This document shows positions 23,724 through 35,500 of a stretch of DNA of 64,000 nucleotides, piece after piece; the first letter of the stretch is position 1; every line of letters starts with the position of its first letter. The stretch lies in NCBI GenBank assembly GCA_051362555.1, contig CM120649.1, positions 17,064,567-17,128,566 of the forward strand. The letters are read 5' to 3'. A program made the translations under genes and the position numbers. The notes under the pieces were generated by a model. The model was not told where the DNA came from, did no database searches, and was given only the letters and a program-made list of their open reading frames with translations. The stretch is from Lingula anatina. Lineage: Eukaryota > Animalia > Brachiopoda.

Positions 23724-26310
23724 AGAGCGCTGAAGTTAGTGTCTAGTTTCTAGTTTCCAGTTTCGTTTTTCAAAAACGAACCTGGCAACCAGAAACTAGT
23801 GTCGTTTTTCAAAAATGAACCTGGCAACCAGAAACTAGTTTCGTTTTTCAAAAACGATTCTGGCAACCAGAAACTAGTGTCGTTTTTCAAAAACAATTCT
23901 GGCAACCAGAAACTAGTGTCGTTTTTGAAAAACGACTCTGGCAACCAGAAACTAGTGTCGTTTTTCAAAAACGATTCTGAGAAGCCAGAATCGTTTTTGC
24001 GGAGAGAAACAGGGGTGGGCAGAGGGAGAGGCAAGTTTAAGTGGGGATGGGGGTGGGGGAATAAGGGTGAGTTGAAGAGGGGGAAAGGGGCCCCGGGGCC
24101 TCCCTTTGTAGTTTGAAGTGTAATTTTTAATTTTATCGAATTTTTCAAAAACGATTCTGATGCCCAGAGACCAGTGTCGTTTTTTGAAAAACGATTCTGG
24201 CAACCAGAAACCAGTGTCGTTTTTTTAAAAATTATTCTGGCAACCAGAAACTAGTGTCGTTTTTCAAAAACGATTCTGAGAAGCCAGAATCGTTTTTGCG
24301 GAGAGAAACAGGGGTGGGCAGAGGGAGAGGCAAGTTTAAGTGGGGGTGGGGGTGGGGGAATAAGGGTGAGTTGAAGAGGGGGAAGGGGCCCCGGGGCCTC
24401 CCTCTGTAGTTTGAAGTGTAATTTTTAATTTCATTGAATTTTTCAAAAACGATTCTGATGCCCAGAGGCCAGTGTCGTTTTTTTAAAACGATTCTGGCAA
24501 CCAGAAACTAGTGTCGTTTTTCAAAAACGATTCTGAGAAGCCAATCGTTTTTGCGGAGAGAAACAGGGGTGGACGTAGGGAGAGGGAACTGGCAATGCAT
24601 TAGTGTCTACCGCGACCAGGTAAACCTCCCTGCGTATCTGAGCAGGGTGATACGCTCTCTCGAGACGTCCGCCGATCGATGTCTAGCTGCGGTGCACAGA
24701 TCGACTTCACCGCATCATCGATGCGGATCAGCGGCCACACGAGCGAGAGAGGCTGTATATTCAGCACAGCTTCCTCGGTGCAGGCTACCTGTACGATGTA
24801 GGCAATAATCAGCGACAGTCTCGGTCTCAGCGCACGTCGAGGAGAGACCGTAAGATCCTGCCCAGCTTTCGCGGTGAGGGTTATCTAGTCGCGGTATACG
24901 CTCACCGCTGCTTGCTTCTCCCTCCGTCCACCCCTGTTTCTCTCCGCAAAAACGATTCTGGCTTCTCAGAATCGTTTTTGAAAAACGACACTGGTTTCTG
25001 GTTGCCAGAATCGTTTTTTAAAAAACGACACTGGTTTCTGGGCATCAGAATCGTTTTTGAAAAATTCAATAAAATTAAAAATTATATCTCAAACTACGAA
25101 GGGAGGCACCGGGGGGACCTTTCCCCTCTTCATCCTCACCCTTATCCCCCCCACCCACCCCCACCCCCACTTAAACTCCATTCTCGGCTTCCACTGTGCA
25201 GGCTGCCTGTGACTGGTAGCGGCGGTCAACTCGGCATCCCAGCGCGGCGAGGAAAGACCGTAACACTGTATACACGCTGTCAAGCTTCTGCGATGAGAGT
25301 TGCCCGTACCGAGATCGCCGTAGGCAATAATCGGCGGCCGTCTCGGTCTCAGTGCACGTCGACGAGAGACCGTAAAACCCTGCCCAGCTTTCGCGGTGAG
25401 GGTTACCTAGTCGCGGTACACGCACACCGCTTGTTGCCTCTCCTTCTGCCCACCCCTGTTTCTCTCCGCAAAAACGATTCTGGCTTCTCAGAATCGTTTT
25501 TGAAAAACGACACTAGTTTCTGGCTGCCAGAATCGTTTTTCGAAAAACGACACTGGTTTCTGGTTGCCAGAATCGTTTTTCAAAAAACGACACTGGTCTC
25601 TGGGCATCAGAATCGTTTTTGAAAAATTCAATAAAATTAAAAATTATACTTCAAACTACGAAGGGAGGCCCCGGGGGGGCCCTTTCCCCTTTCCCCTCTT
25701 CAACCTCACCCTTATTCCCCCACCCTCACCCCCACCCCCCACTTAAACTCCATTCTCGGCTTCCACTGTGCAGGCTGCCTGTGACTGGTAGCGGCGGTCA
25801 ACTCGGCATCCCAGCGCGGCGAGGAAAGACCGTAACACTGTAAACATGCTGTCAAGCTTCTGCGATGAGATTTGCCCGTACCCCGTAGGCAATAATCAGC
25901 GACCGTCTCGGTCTCAGTGCACGTCGACGAGAGACCGTAAAACCCTGCCCGGCTTTCGCGGTGAGGGTTACCTAGTCGCGGTACACGCACACCGCTTGTT
26001 GCCTCTCCTTCTGCCCACCCCTGTTTCTCTTCGCAAAAACGATTCTGGCTTCCCAGAATCGTTTTTGAAAAACGACACTAGTTTCTGGATGCCAGAATCG
26101 TTTTTTGAAAAACGACACTGGTTTCTGGTTGCCAGAATCGTTTTTGAAAAACGACACTAGTTTCTGGTTGCCAGAATCGTTTTTGAAAAACGACACTAGT
26201 TTCTGGTTGCCAGAATCGTTTTTGAAAAACGACACTAGTTTCTGGTTGCCAGGTTCGTTTTTGAAAATCGACACTGGAAACTAGAAACTAGACACTAACT
26301 TCAGCGCTCT
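23724..26310. mobile_element. Foldback/MULE-like element with long modular inverted repeats (2587 bp)
   Basis: Perfect terminal IR AGAGCGCTGAAGTTAGTGTCTAGTTTCTAGTTTCCAG and a 9-bp TSD TCCAACCTT (23715-23723, 26311-26319). The arms are built from 39-bp repeats and larger modules. Absent from B. Confidence 0.88.
23761..23985 (+). repeat. 39-bp tandem repeat, 5-6 copies (inverted block at about 26055-26277)
   Basis: Unit AAACTAGTGTCGTTTTTCAAAAACGATTCTGGCAACCAG, containing the palindromes TCGTTTTT-C-AAAAACGA, CTGG-CAA-CCAG and ACTAGT. Confidence 0.92.
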
Positions 26311-29300
26311 TCCAACCTTTTACTTATGTTGCGCAGAATGACGAAATCCTTTTCTCTATTAAACTTAACTCGTTGTCTTCGTCCAGCTCCTTTGATGATT
26401 CTACGGACTAGATAAATAAAATTATGTTTCTTGTAAATGGTTTACATAACAAATACATTTAAGACAACAATAAAGCAGAGATGTATCGGAATCCAAGCCC
26501 ACATTAGAAAAAACAGCAAAGGCACCCAGAGAACACAGACCTTCGCCAGGACTAATAATGAACTAATAATCAACCATTGAATGATGGATGAATCATGACC
26601 AAAATCTTGTCACTTTTAAGTTAGCCCATTTTTGACCAACCCTTATTATTTCATCGAAATCCGTACATACATTTGAGCGTTAAGTTGCTAATAAGCTAAC
26701 AAACTAACGGAACCAAAAACATAACCTCCTGGACAGAGGTCATAAGCACAATGTGTGAGCTAGAAAAGTGCCCCCTGCTAAGATTCTAAGTGAAAGCGCT
26801 GTGCGTCCCATCAGGCAAAAAAAGTGGATCGCAAAATGAGCATTTTCATTTTACTGAACATTGTTTACGCAACATAAAGCAAAAGTTTTACACGGACCAG
26901 CTTCATTATTATAAAATTTCCCATGCGTGCTTTCTTATAGCGTTTCAACCACAGCGGCGTTTGGTTTGAATTGACCATCAAAACCACAAATGCGAGACGA
27001 CCTTAATGTCCTCATTTGTTGCCTTTCTGTATCCGATACATACAGATATAAGCATAGGGAACATAGGGGCTGGAACACGTAGGTCGAAAAGCTAATGGTA
27101 GTGAATTTCATTAGCAAAGGATATACAAGAAGATAGATACGTTTACTTACTTGGGCCGTATTTTGCACCAGGCAAAAGTCGAGCGATGTATTGTCCTGAT
27201 ATCCCAGAACCATCAGTGTACTCAATAAGTGGCACTGAGGGAGATATGAATAAGAATGAATCGCCCCTTGTTAAAATATTCTTTTGTAATTTAATTTGGG
27301 TAAGTTTAAACAAAAATTTTATATCATCTTGTTGAATTACAGTCTTTTTTTTTTGGGTCACTTACAATGCTCTATAATTCAAAGTGCATTTAAAGTGATG
27401 AACTAATCTTTGTCATGTAAGATTTCCATATCTTGTGGTATTATACAAATTTATTTTCACTACGCTTGATAAAACGTATTTTATATTCTTAAGCATTTTA
27501 ATTGTCAAGTGTTTTAAAAACCACGTCACCAATCAAATGATCAAATCTATAAATTTGCCCATTCATTAGCTGTCTTTCGTTCATGCATCGACAGAAAATC
27601 AATGTAATTTAACAAACAGAGCATGAGCAACGTGGGATGTTTATTATAAAACTTCTTCCACTATTTCATGGGAAAACGCCTCGCATTGAAACTCAAAGCC
27701 TCTACATTTTGTGCAATTAATCAACCATTCCACTTGCCTAAGCCTTGTTCACAGGGCAGAAGAATATACACTTTACTCCTCTGTGCTCGGTATCAAACAG
27801 TTAACAAGTTAAGATATGAAACACAAGGATTGTAAACTGCTCGGTTTTGACTCGAGTTTCTCGTTGTACTGTTTTTAGGAGACAAAAAGATGAAGGAGGG
27901 ATATCAGAAGTGAATATCTTGGGAGAGAATAGTGTCTTAGACAATATTACGCACTATTGTACAAGACAGGACCTCTACAGAACCTAAAAAACGACCAGTA
28001 AAATACCTGTAAAATTCGATAGATTTTATTCGTTTCACATTGCACTAACTGATACGCAGCGCTTTATCGTTTGATTCCCATTTGCATCTCAAATTTTCAT
28101 GAGATGACTGATTACATGCTGAGGTTATTGGAGACCATTTTGTTAGATTTTCAACATAATTGAGAACGGCGTATATTGAACGTTTTAACACATCTGTGTA
28201 TAATTGATCCATATTTTTCAGTGTTTTTCCTGCTATAAGTTAAATTTGTCTGCAAGCCTCGCTCACAGTGTGTTTTCTGCATGATGAGGGTATAAGGCAC
28301 CTACTGGTAGGAAATATGGATAATATGCCATTATAGTTTATGGAAACAACTTTTTACTTTCAGCTCTGTCAAGGATATTTTCAATGTACTGGCCTTTAAG
28401 AGCAAGATTTTCCTACCATCAGACGAATCGGTCAAATAGTGGCAAGGTTGTGTTCACACAGAATACACCCATTTTGCTCACACTTAAATCATCTTTGTGA
28501 CCTTATTATTACTGTAAAATATTAAAGCTTTCCGTTGCCTTTTTATAAAGACACAGCCACATGCACATTTCACTGCCCCGCGTGGGCTCCCGTCTCAGTT
28601 TTTTAACTGTGAAAGTAGTGTATTTTTCCACGAAGTTTGCTGTGCAAATGTGCAAGAAGTGATCAATGCATTACTTCCACCAATACCACAATTGAAAGAT
28701 GGATACATAATCTTTATATCGGCAGAGTTATATCATAATTCTGTTGTTATGGTTACAAACTTCCGAAGTAATTTAAGGTCACTTCATGACTGCCACAGAT
28801 ACCCATCCTATCAATAGCCTTATATTTCCACCAGTAGAGCACCTTAGATATTATCACTGATATTTACTGAAAATATGGACAAGGGGGCCTAACATAAATT
28901 AAATGAATGTAGTGACCTTCTTTCTAAAAATCCTGCAACAGTGACGCAAATTGTTTTATTTTCCAGCTACATTATCATTAAACATACTTGCTTGCCACAG
29001 ATTAATTTGTAGTCAAGACTGCTTGGTGGATTTAGGAGGGGTGTCAGGAAGGTCCTGCATCCCTCCTTCAATTTCTGAAAAAAATCACACCAATGGTCTA
29101 CTCTTGAAATTAAACTAAACCATACCAAATGGCACCATTCGCCTTCTAAAACACAAAAAATTTCGGGGCCCTCCAGGGCGGGGGGGGGGGGGGCATATGC
29201 GAATTCGCCTTTATAAAAAATTCTGGATCCACCTGCTGCACGGCCATGGTAGTGATGGTAATTAATTGTAGCCAAACGAATACATTGATTTTGTGCTCCT

Positions 29301-29700
29301 CAAGAGGGGAGTTCAGTTTGAGCAGATCCATTAAGACCAGTAGGGCCTAAAATCATAAAGCAGGCTAACCTCGTATGTCTAGCATATTAGGCTGTAAACC
29401 CAACATGTATCATGTTTAAGCATTTAAGAAAATTGCATATAAACATTTCCAAAAAAAAGTTGACCAAAGATCCATCGATCGCAAGCAATTTAAGATGTGG
29501 CACACAGTAGGGTGGAAGTAGGTCACAATCAGGGCGAACAATACAGCTTAGTCATAAAATAAGAAGGGACTTCCAATAACTTGCGTGCACTTGTATTATC
29601 TCCGACCTAGTGGGAAGGAGGCGTGATTTTATCTTATCTGGGTGAAAACTTGGGTAAGTTACACCCTCGATGCATATACACTCCCTGTTCCTGTAAACTA

Positions 29701-29937
29701 CACACAATGGACAATAGAAATGTCACCCCCTGAATCAGAGTAATCAAATAATAATAATCAAGTTATCAATAATCAAAGTGGGCAGAACTTGAGTAGTTAT
29801 AATGCCTAGTCTACACTTTTTTGTTAAATTTGATGTTACTAAAATGATACCAGGAGCATATCATTCCACAGTCATTCACCCCCCCCCCCCCCAAGTATTC
29901 GATCAGTAGGGGTGACACTTCTATTGTCCATTGTGTG
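29701..29937. mobile_element. 237-bp MITE derived from the local Tc1 family
   Basis: TA|CACACAATGGACAATAGAAATGTCACCCC ... GGGGTGACACTTCTATTGTCCATTGTGTG|TA. The interior is the two ends of the 4715-6054 element joined together. Confidence 0.85.
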
Positions 29938-32530
29938 TATTATTTTACGAACATTGCATATTTTATACTTATTCATTACATGTTCGCGTAGCTTTCTGTT
30001 ATGTTTCACATAATTTTATTATATAGGAAAATGCATTCTATGTTATTTTAAATGTCACTGTATATATCGATATACTACTGTAAATACTGCAGGTCTACTA
30101 AAAGCACTTTGACTTATACAGCATACTCTCCATATATTCAATGTATTTCAATCTCTATGGAAACACCAAGAATACATTGCGCCAAATTATCTGAAGCAAG
30201 TAGTTTCTGAAGCAAGCTGTAGTTTAAGCGTGTTATTCACCTGATAAAAATAAATAAATTACAATGACAACACATCTATTAAGATCAACTATGATAGATA
30301 AACCCGATAGCCTCCGGATCATGTTCCCACTTAGATATTCATCTTTTTTTAATCACTCAACTCTTATTAACTCCGCCTTTCTAACGTGTAAGCTTTGTAT
30401 CACTTATATAACATTCATTCAAAGATTGGTTTATCACATCTTTTAGTTCACGACGAATCCCGTCCACTTTAAAGTTCGTGTTGTCCTGAATAATATTTTT
30501 CTTGTTTTGAAGCAGGCGTACGTAGTATACAGATACTGAATTATCTTGGGGCAATGTAAAGGGGGGCGGGGGTTAGTCAATTTCTGCAAAATATTGGTTA
30601 GAGGCAAAACCATAATGTAACGTGTTATCTATACATACATCTATTCTAAACACTAAATGAATTTTCACACGTGCCCACATTGATATTGTTTTTATTAAAT
30701 GGGTCAAGTATTGGACGCTTTTTATGGTATACCGGGCAAACATTTGGCGTTGATTACTGCAGGGGTTCATAATCATCTTGTTAGAATTTCTGACCACCTG
30801 AACATATCTGGAAAGTGAGTACCAAAAAGGCGTTTCCATAATCTTAACTTGTACTTATCATAAAGGGATCCCTGGACTTCTATTTCTTGGACTATAGCTC
30901 CTGGCACACCAATAGCCTTTGTGAAGACTAATGCCACTTACCAAATGATGCTCCTTTTCCTTTGAACAGTACCGTACCGTGACAACGTTCTGGTAATGTT
31001 AAATATGATATATGTTCACATCACGTTAATCGCCATTATCAGACCCGTAGCTTGGCAGCCTATGGAGCTTATTTAGGGCAGGCCATCAATTCCAAATCAG
31101 TCGAATTGATTATAAAGGCCATGGTGATTGCTAGTGCATATAGCCAGTGTTCACGGAATATGAATACATTTCCTGGAAATACATTTTATTCCCACACCAA
31201 ACCCGTAGCTAAGCCGCCTTTGGGACATATTTGGGGCAGGTCATTAATTCAGAATGTAACTAAAACTACAGGTTCAGGTAGAACTGAGGATCAGCAAAAC
31301 AAACAGCTTGTGTATGAATTATCATGAATAATCGTCATGTATGGATCATGAATTCATTTCGTTTTATATCACAAACACATATACCTTAGCACTTCTTTCA
31401 CATGTGAGTGCTATATGCCACAACGAGGTGCTCGAGGCATATATCGCGAGAGGCTGGTAGTTAATTATTTGATGTACATACCGAGAGAATACTCGCATTT
31501 CACCAAAAATGCTCTTTTGGCAATGATGTGTCTTTCATATAATATATGTGGTGGAAGTGTTACCGGATATAGTATGGTTTGGCGTGGTTTTACCTTTCAC
31601 CACCCCTCCCCTTCTTCAGTATTCAAGCGGGTCATACCGATACGGGCAAAAATGAAACAAGTCCAAGCTTATTCATACGTATGTATAGGGCATGATCTAA
31701 ACAAAAACTGTCCTTTGTAACGGGCGGCAATTAAAAAAGCCAATTGCTCCAAATTCGAGTCTAAATTACGAACCTATCCGCCCCAAAATAAACAAGGTAA
31801 CACGCGCAATTACACATGACATACCAACAAATTGGCAGCTTGACTAATTCACTTGGTCAATTAACTTGCCTATTATGCTGTTAACAATGCAAATACACCA
31901 TTAAGACTGGGCACAGCCAGGCCCTAATTAGGATGGGGTCTGGGCCTCTTAGGCATATGGTTAGATTAGGACTGGGCCTGTGACACATATTTATATGGCT
32001 CAGAGTTTGGTGATTGTTTTAAATCCTTTGACGTATGAAAACAAAACTGGAACTAATTGATCAAAAAGAAAGAAAATTATATGTGTCCCTACCAAGGAGA
32101 CACTGAGATGAATTTAATATAATGTCCAAACAAATGAGAGTTTCCCTAAACCTAAAAGCTATCACATATGCAAATGCACGTTGCATCAGATGTGCTGGAT
32201 TCCCCAACTCCTAAAGCACAATAAAAAGCAATATAAAGGTGACAATAACCCTGCCCTTGCATTGGATATTAAGAGGCTTCTCGTAGACTTAGCAGTCAAA
32301 GTACTCAGCCCCCACTCCTCCAAATAAAACTTTTTTGTGGGATTCGATGAAAGAATGATTTGGATTTTAAAAAGCCTTTAAAAAGGTATTATAAAAAATA
32401 ATATAAAAAGAAAGAAATATTTGCTCTGCAGTGATAGATTTATTCAAAGAAATCTGCTTTGAGAACATAAAAAGCCAACTGGAGTAGATCTAGTACATTA
32501 GTACGTTATTTTCAAAGAAGTGGAAAGGAC

Positions 32531-35500
32531 TCAATAATCCAAGCATAGAGTAGACAAAGCCAAATTGGCTTCACCTACACCCGTAAGTCGTCCAAGCAAT
32601 GCGTTCTCAATGATGTACTCATTGGTGTAGTTGACGACCTGGGCAGAGGGTGAGCAGATAGTCCCCTTATCTCTGAGGACTTGCAACAAGGCAGCCGCGG
32701 CGCCGGTCACAAACGAAGCTGCAATGGAGGTGCCATCCATTAAAGTATATGTATTGTTTCCAGAGAAGTCAGCAACTTTGATATTCGCACCCGGGGCGTA
32801 AATATCTATGCAAGGACCATAGTTGCTGAAATAATTCTTTTTAAACTCCTCATTAAACGCTCCGACAGTGAGGGTATTGGGCGTGCTGGCTGGAGAGACA
32901 TAGCAAGCGTCTTCATTGAAACTACCAGCTGCAGCAATTGCGGGGATTCCAGCTGCGAGTAGATCATCGACTGCGTCGTTCATAGACCTGGAGAAAGTCC
33001 CACCAAAACTGAAGTTAATAACGGAGAGTCGCCCAGTGCTTTGCACTCTTTGTTTTGCCCACAGACAACCTTCCAATATATCGGAAACATCGCATCTATC
33101 ATTTGAACAAACCTTCAGGGAAATGATGTTAGCACGCTTTGCCACACCACAGTTGGTTCCCCCGATGATACTGGCCACTTGGGTACCATGACCATGGTTA
33201 TCCACACTTGTAGATGTCGGCCAGCCTGGAGAAATAGAAGAATAGATAAAATTAATCAACCATTTAATGTGTTAAACCTAAAAATGATCATTGTAGAACT
33301 TCTTTAAAATAATTTTACTACTAAGAAGCATCAAACCCAGGGGGCAAATTATGTTGTTTTAACGTTGAAACAACGTTGAACCATAACGTTGATAATACAT
33401 TGGATTAACATTGGATTTGAAAGTTGACTCAGCCTCAGATAACAACGTTGTATCAACGCCAGATAACAACATTGTATCAACCCCAGTTGTTAGACATTCT
33501 TACATGAAAAGACATTAAAATGATCTGAAATGTTTTTTTTTTTTTATTTTTGGTACAAAACACAAGTACACAATTATAACGTACACTGTAAAAACATCCA
33601 AGTGCCTGCTTTGTCTGATTTTTTCAACGCATTTAGCTCCTAAGTATGTTTTCTCCCAAGCATGGTACACCCTTTTAGCCTGGATATGTTTAGCAGTAGG
33701 ACATGTTTGATGGCTAAATACATATATGTAGGGTATATACACACACTGGACAAAAGAAGTGTCACCCCTACTGAACCAATACTATGGGGGAGATAAATGA
33801 CTGTGGAATGATATGCTCCTGGTATCATTTTATTAACATCAAATTTCACACAAAATCACAAAATGAGAACAAAATATACATTCTACCAAATTATGCAGTT
33901 TCAAGTCCAAAATTAGTACTTAGTGGCATAGCCACGTGACCTAATAATAGGTGCTAGTCTACAAAGCAAGGATTCATATAATCGTCTGATGCGTCCAGGG
34001 CTTTTGTTGGCCCAAGCATGAAACACTGAATATAACAGAGTTTCTCTGCATTGTCATCCTGGTGAACAAATGGATAATTCCTGTCACCAAACATGTTAGT
34101 AATAGATGGTAACAAGCCTGACTCAAAAACATCGATACATTTCCATCAACCACTATCCATTCGCCCACGCCATGGATGCTGATGCAGCCCCACACCATGA
34201 TGAATATGCTGCTCCGGGTTCGAAAATTCAGTGCATGTGGTTGAAATGCTTTACCAGCAGTTCGCCAGCATCATACCCGTCTGTCATCAGAGGTCAGACC
34301 AAAGCGACACTCATCAGAAAAAAAATATATAGGACCAATTGTCATGGACTGTCCAGTTCCAGATCCTGTTGACCCTATTTCACTCTAAGCTGCCTGTTTT
34401 GTAACGATATAAGAGGTTTCAGTCGTACTGCTGTACACTCTATGAGCATGTAACCGACGCCTAGCAATTTTCACAGACACATTCTTATGTGTGAAATTGT
34501 TCCACTGTGTTGTCAACTGACAAGCAGTGTCGAACTTTGACAACCTGGACATCAAAATCAGTCGGCGGTCTTTTCGGCCAGTAGTTTTTCTTAGACGACC
34601 CATCAGAGGCAATTTGTCTTTTGATCCAGTGTTTCTATACCGAGACCAGATCCTTTGCATGATTCTGACTGAACAATTCAATAGTATCGATATTCTGACA
34701 TTGCTTATATTCCGCCTCTTCAGGTTAATAACTTGCACCTATAACCGTTAGATAATTGCCTGTATCTTGCCATATTGGAGGAAGACAGGAATAACATTTG
34801 CTGTACATGTGCAAGACCAACAATACTATTCCATGGTATAGCGGTTTTATACTCATTAGTCACATGATAAGTAGACCAGGTATTATAAGTACCCAAGATC
34901 TGCCTACTTTTATTACTCTGAGTTAGGGGGTGACACTTCTATTGTCCAGTTTATTAACTACATTCCATTTACAGCAAAGTATTCATCCTAGTGTTAGCTG
35001 ACCTTGCAAGGAATTCAGTTTATTGGAATGTATTTCTGAATAACAAGTTAAGAAAATTCACTATTCACTCAAGACACAAAACAACTGTCACTTTTACTTT
35101 AAACACTTTTTTTATTATTTTGATAAAGTTAGTTACAGTACTGATAAACAAAGTATCACGTTTTCAACAATTAATATTTTACATTACAGTCCATGTCTGT
35201 AAGGTTGTGTCAATGACCAAATTACAACGTTGAGTCAACGTCACATTATGACGGTGTTTGGACGTGACTGGATCAACGTTGTTTTTAAGTTGAATTTAGG
35301 TAGATCAACGGCAATTCAACGTATCAACCTGTTTTCAACGTTGATCCAAAGCAACTATGCCTGCTGGGAAGCGTTCATGGGCGTCCACAGGAGTGTGTAA
35401 ATGGGGTCACTTGACTCCCCCCCCCCTTTACTTTTGGCGGGCGCGTTAATTGTGGGTACCCATCCAATCATTATCTCCTCCTTCAATGACTTTGACCCCC

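Larger units (their letters stand above)
19951..27750 (-). pseudogene. S8 protease paralog C, probable pseudogene (start codon and signal peptide deleted; exons 2-6 intact)
   Basis: Exons 27151-27234, 26317-26407, 23343-23472, 21070-21205 and 19951-20645 are open and nearly identical to B (6 aa changes in exon 6). Only 13 nt of exon 1 remain (27738-27750), fused to sequence matching B 11688 onward. No in-frame ATG occurs before an upstream TGA. Confidence 0.85.

Noticed and set aside
23761-26277. 39-bp palindromic repeats as a CRISPR array, and the ORFs over them (FKNDSGNQKLVS repeats; 236-aa ORF 24912-25622) as genes
   Set aside because: The repeats are directly adjacent with no unique spacers, there are no cas genes, and the context is eukaryotic. 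The ORFs are by-products of a stop-free 39-bp (13-codon) unit inside a TSD-bounded element.
29019-29238. Possible old hAT-like MITE (GGTGGATTTAG...CTGGATCCACC), with a partial relative at about 12270-12365
   Set aside because: The termini are too degenerate and no TSD is identifiable, so it is not listed as a feature.
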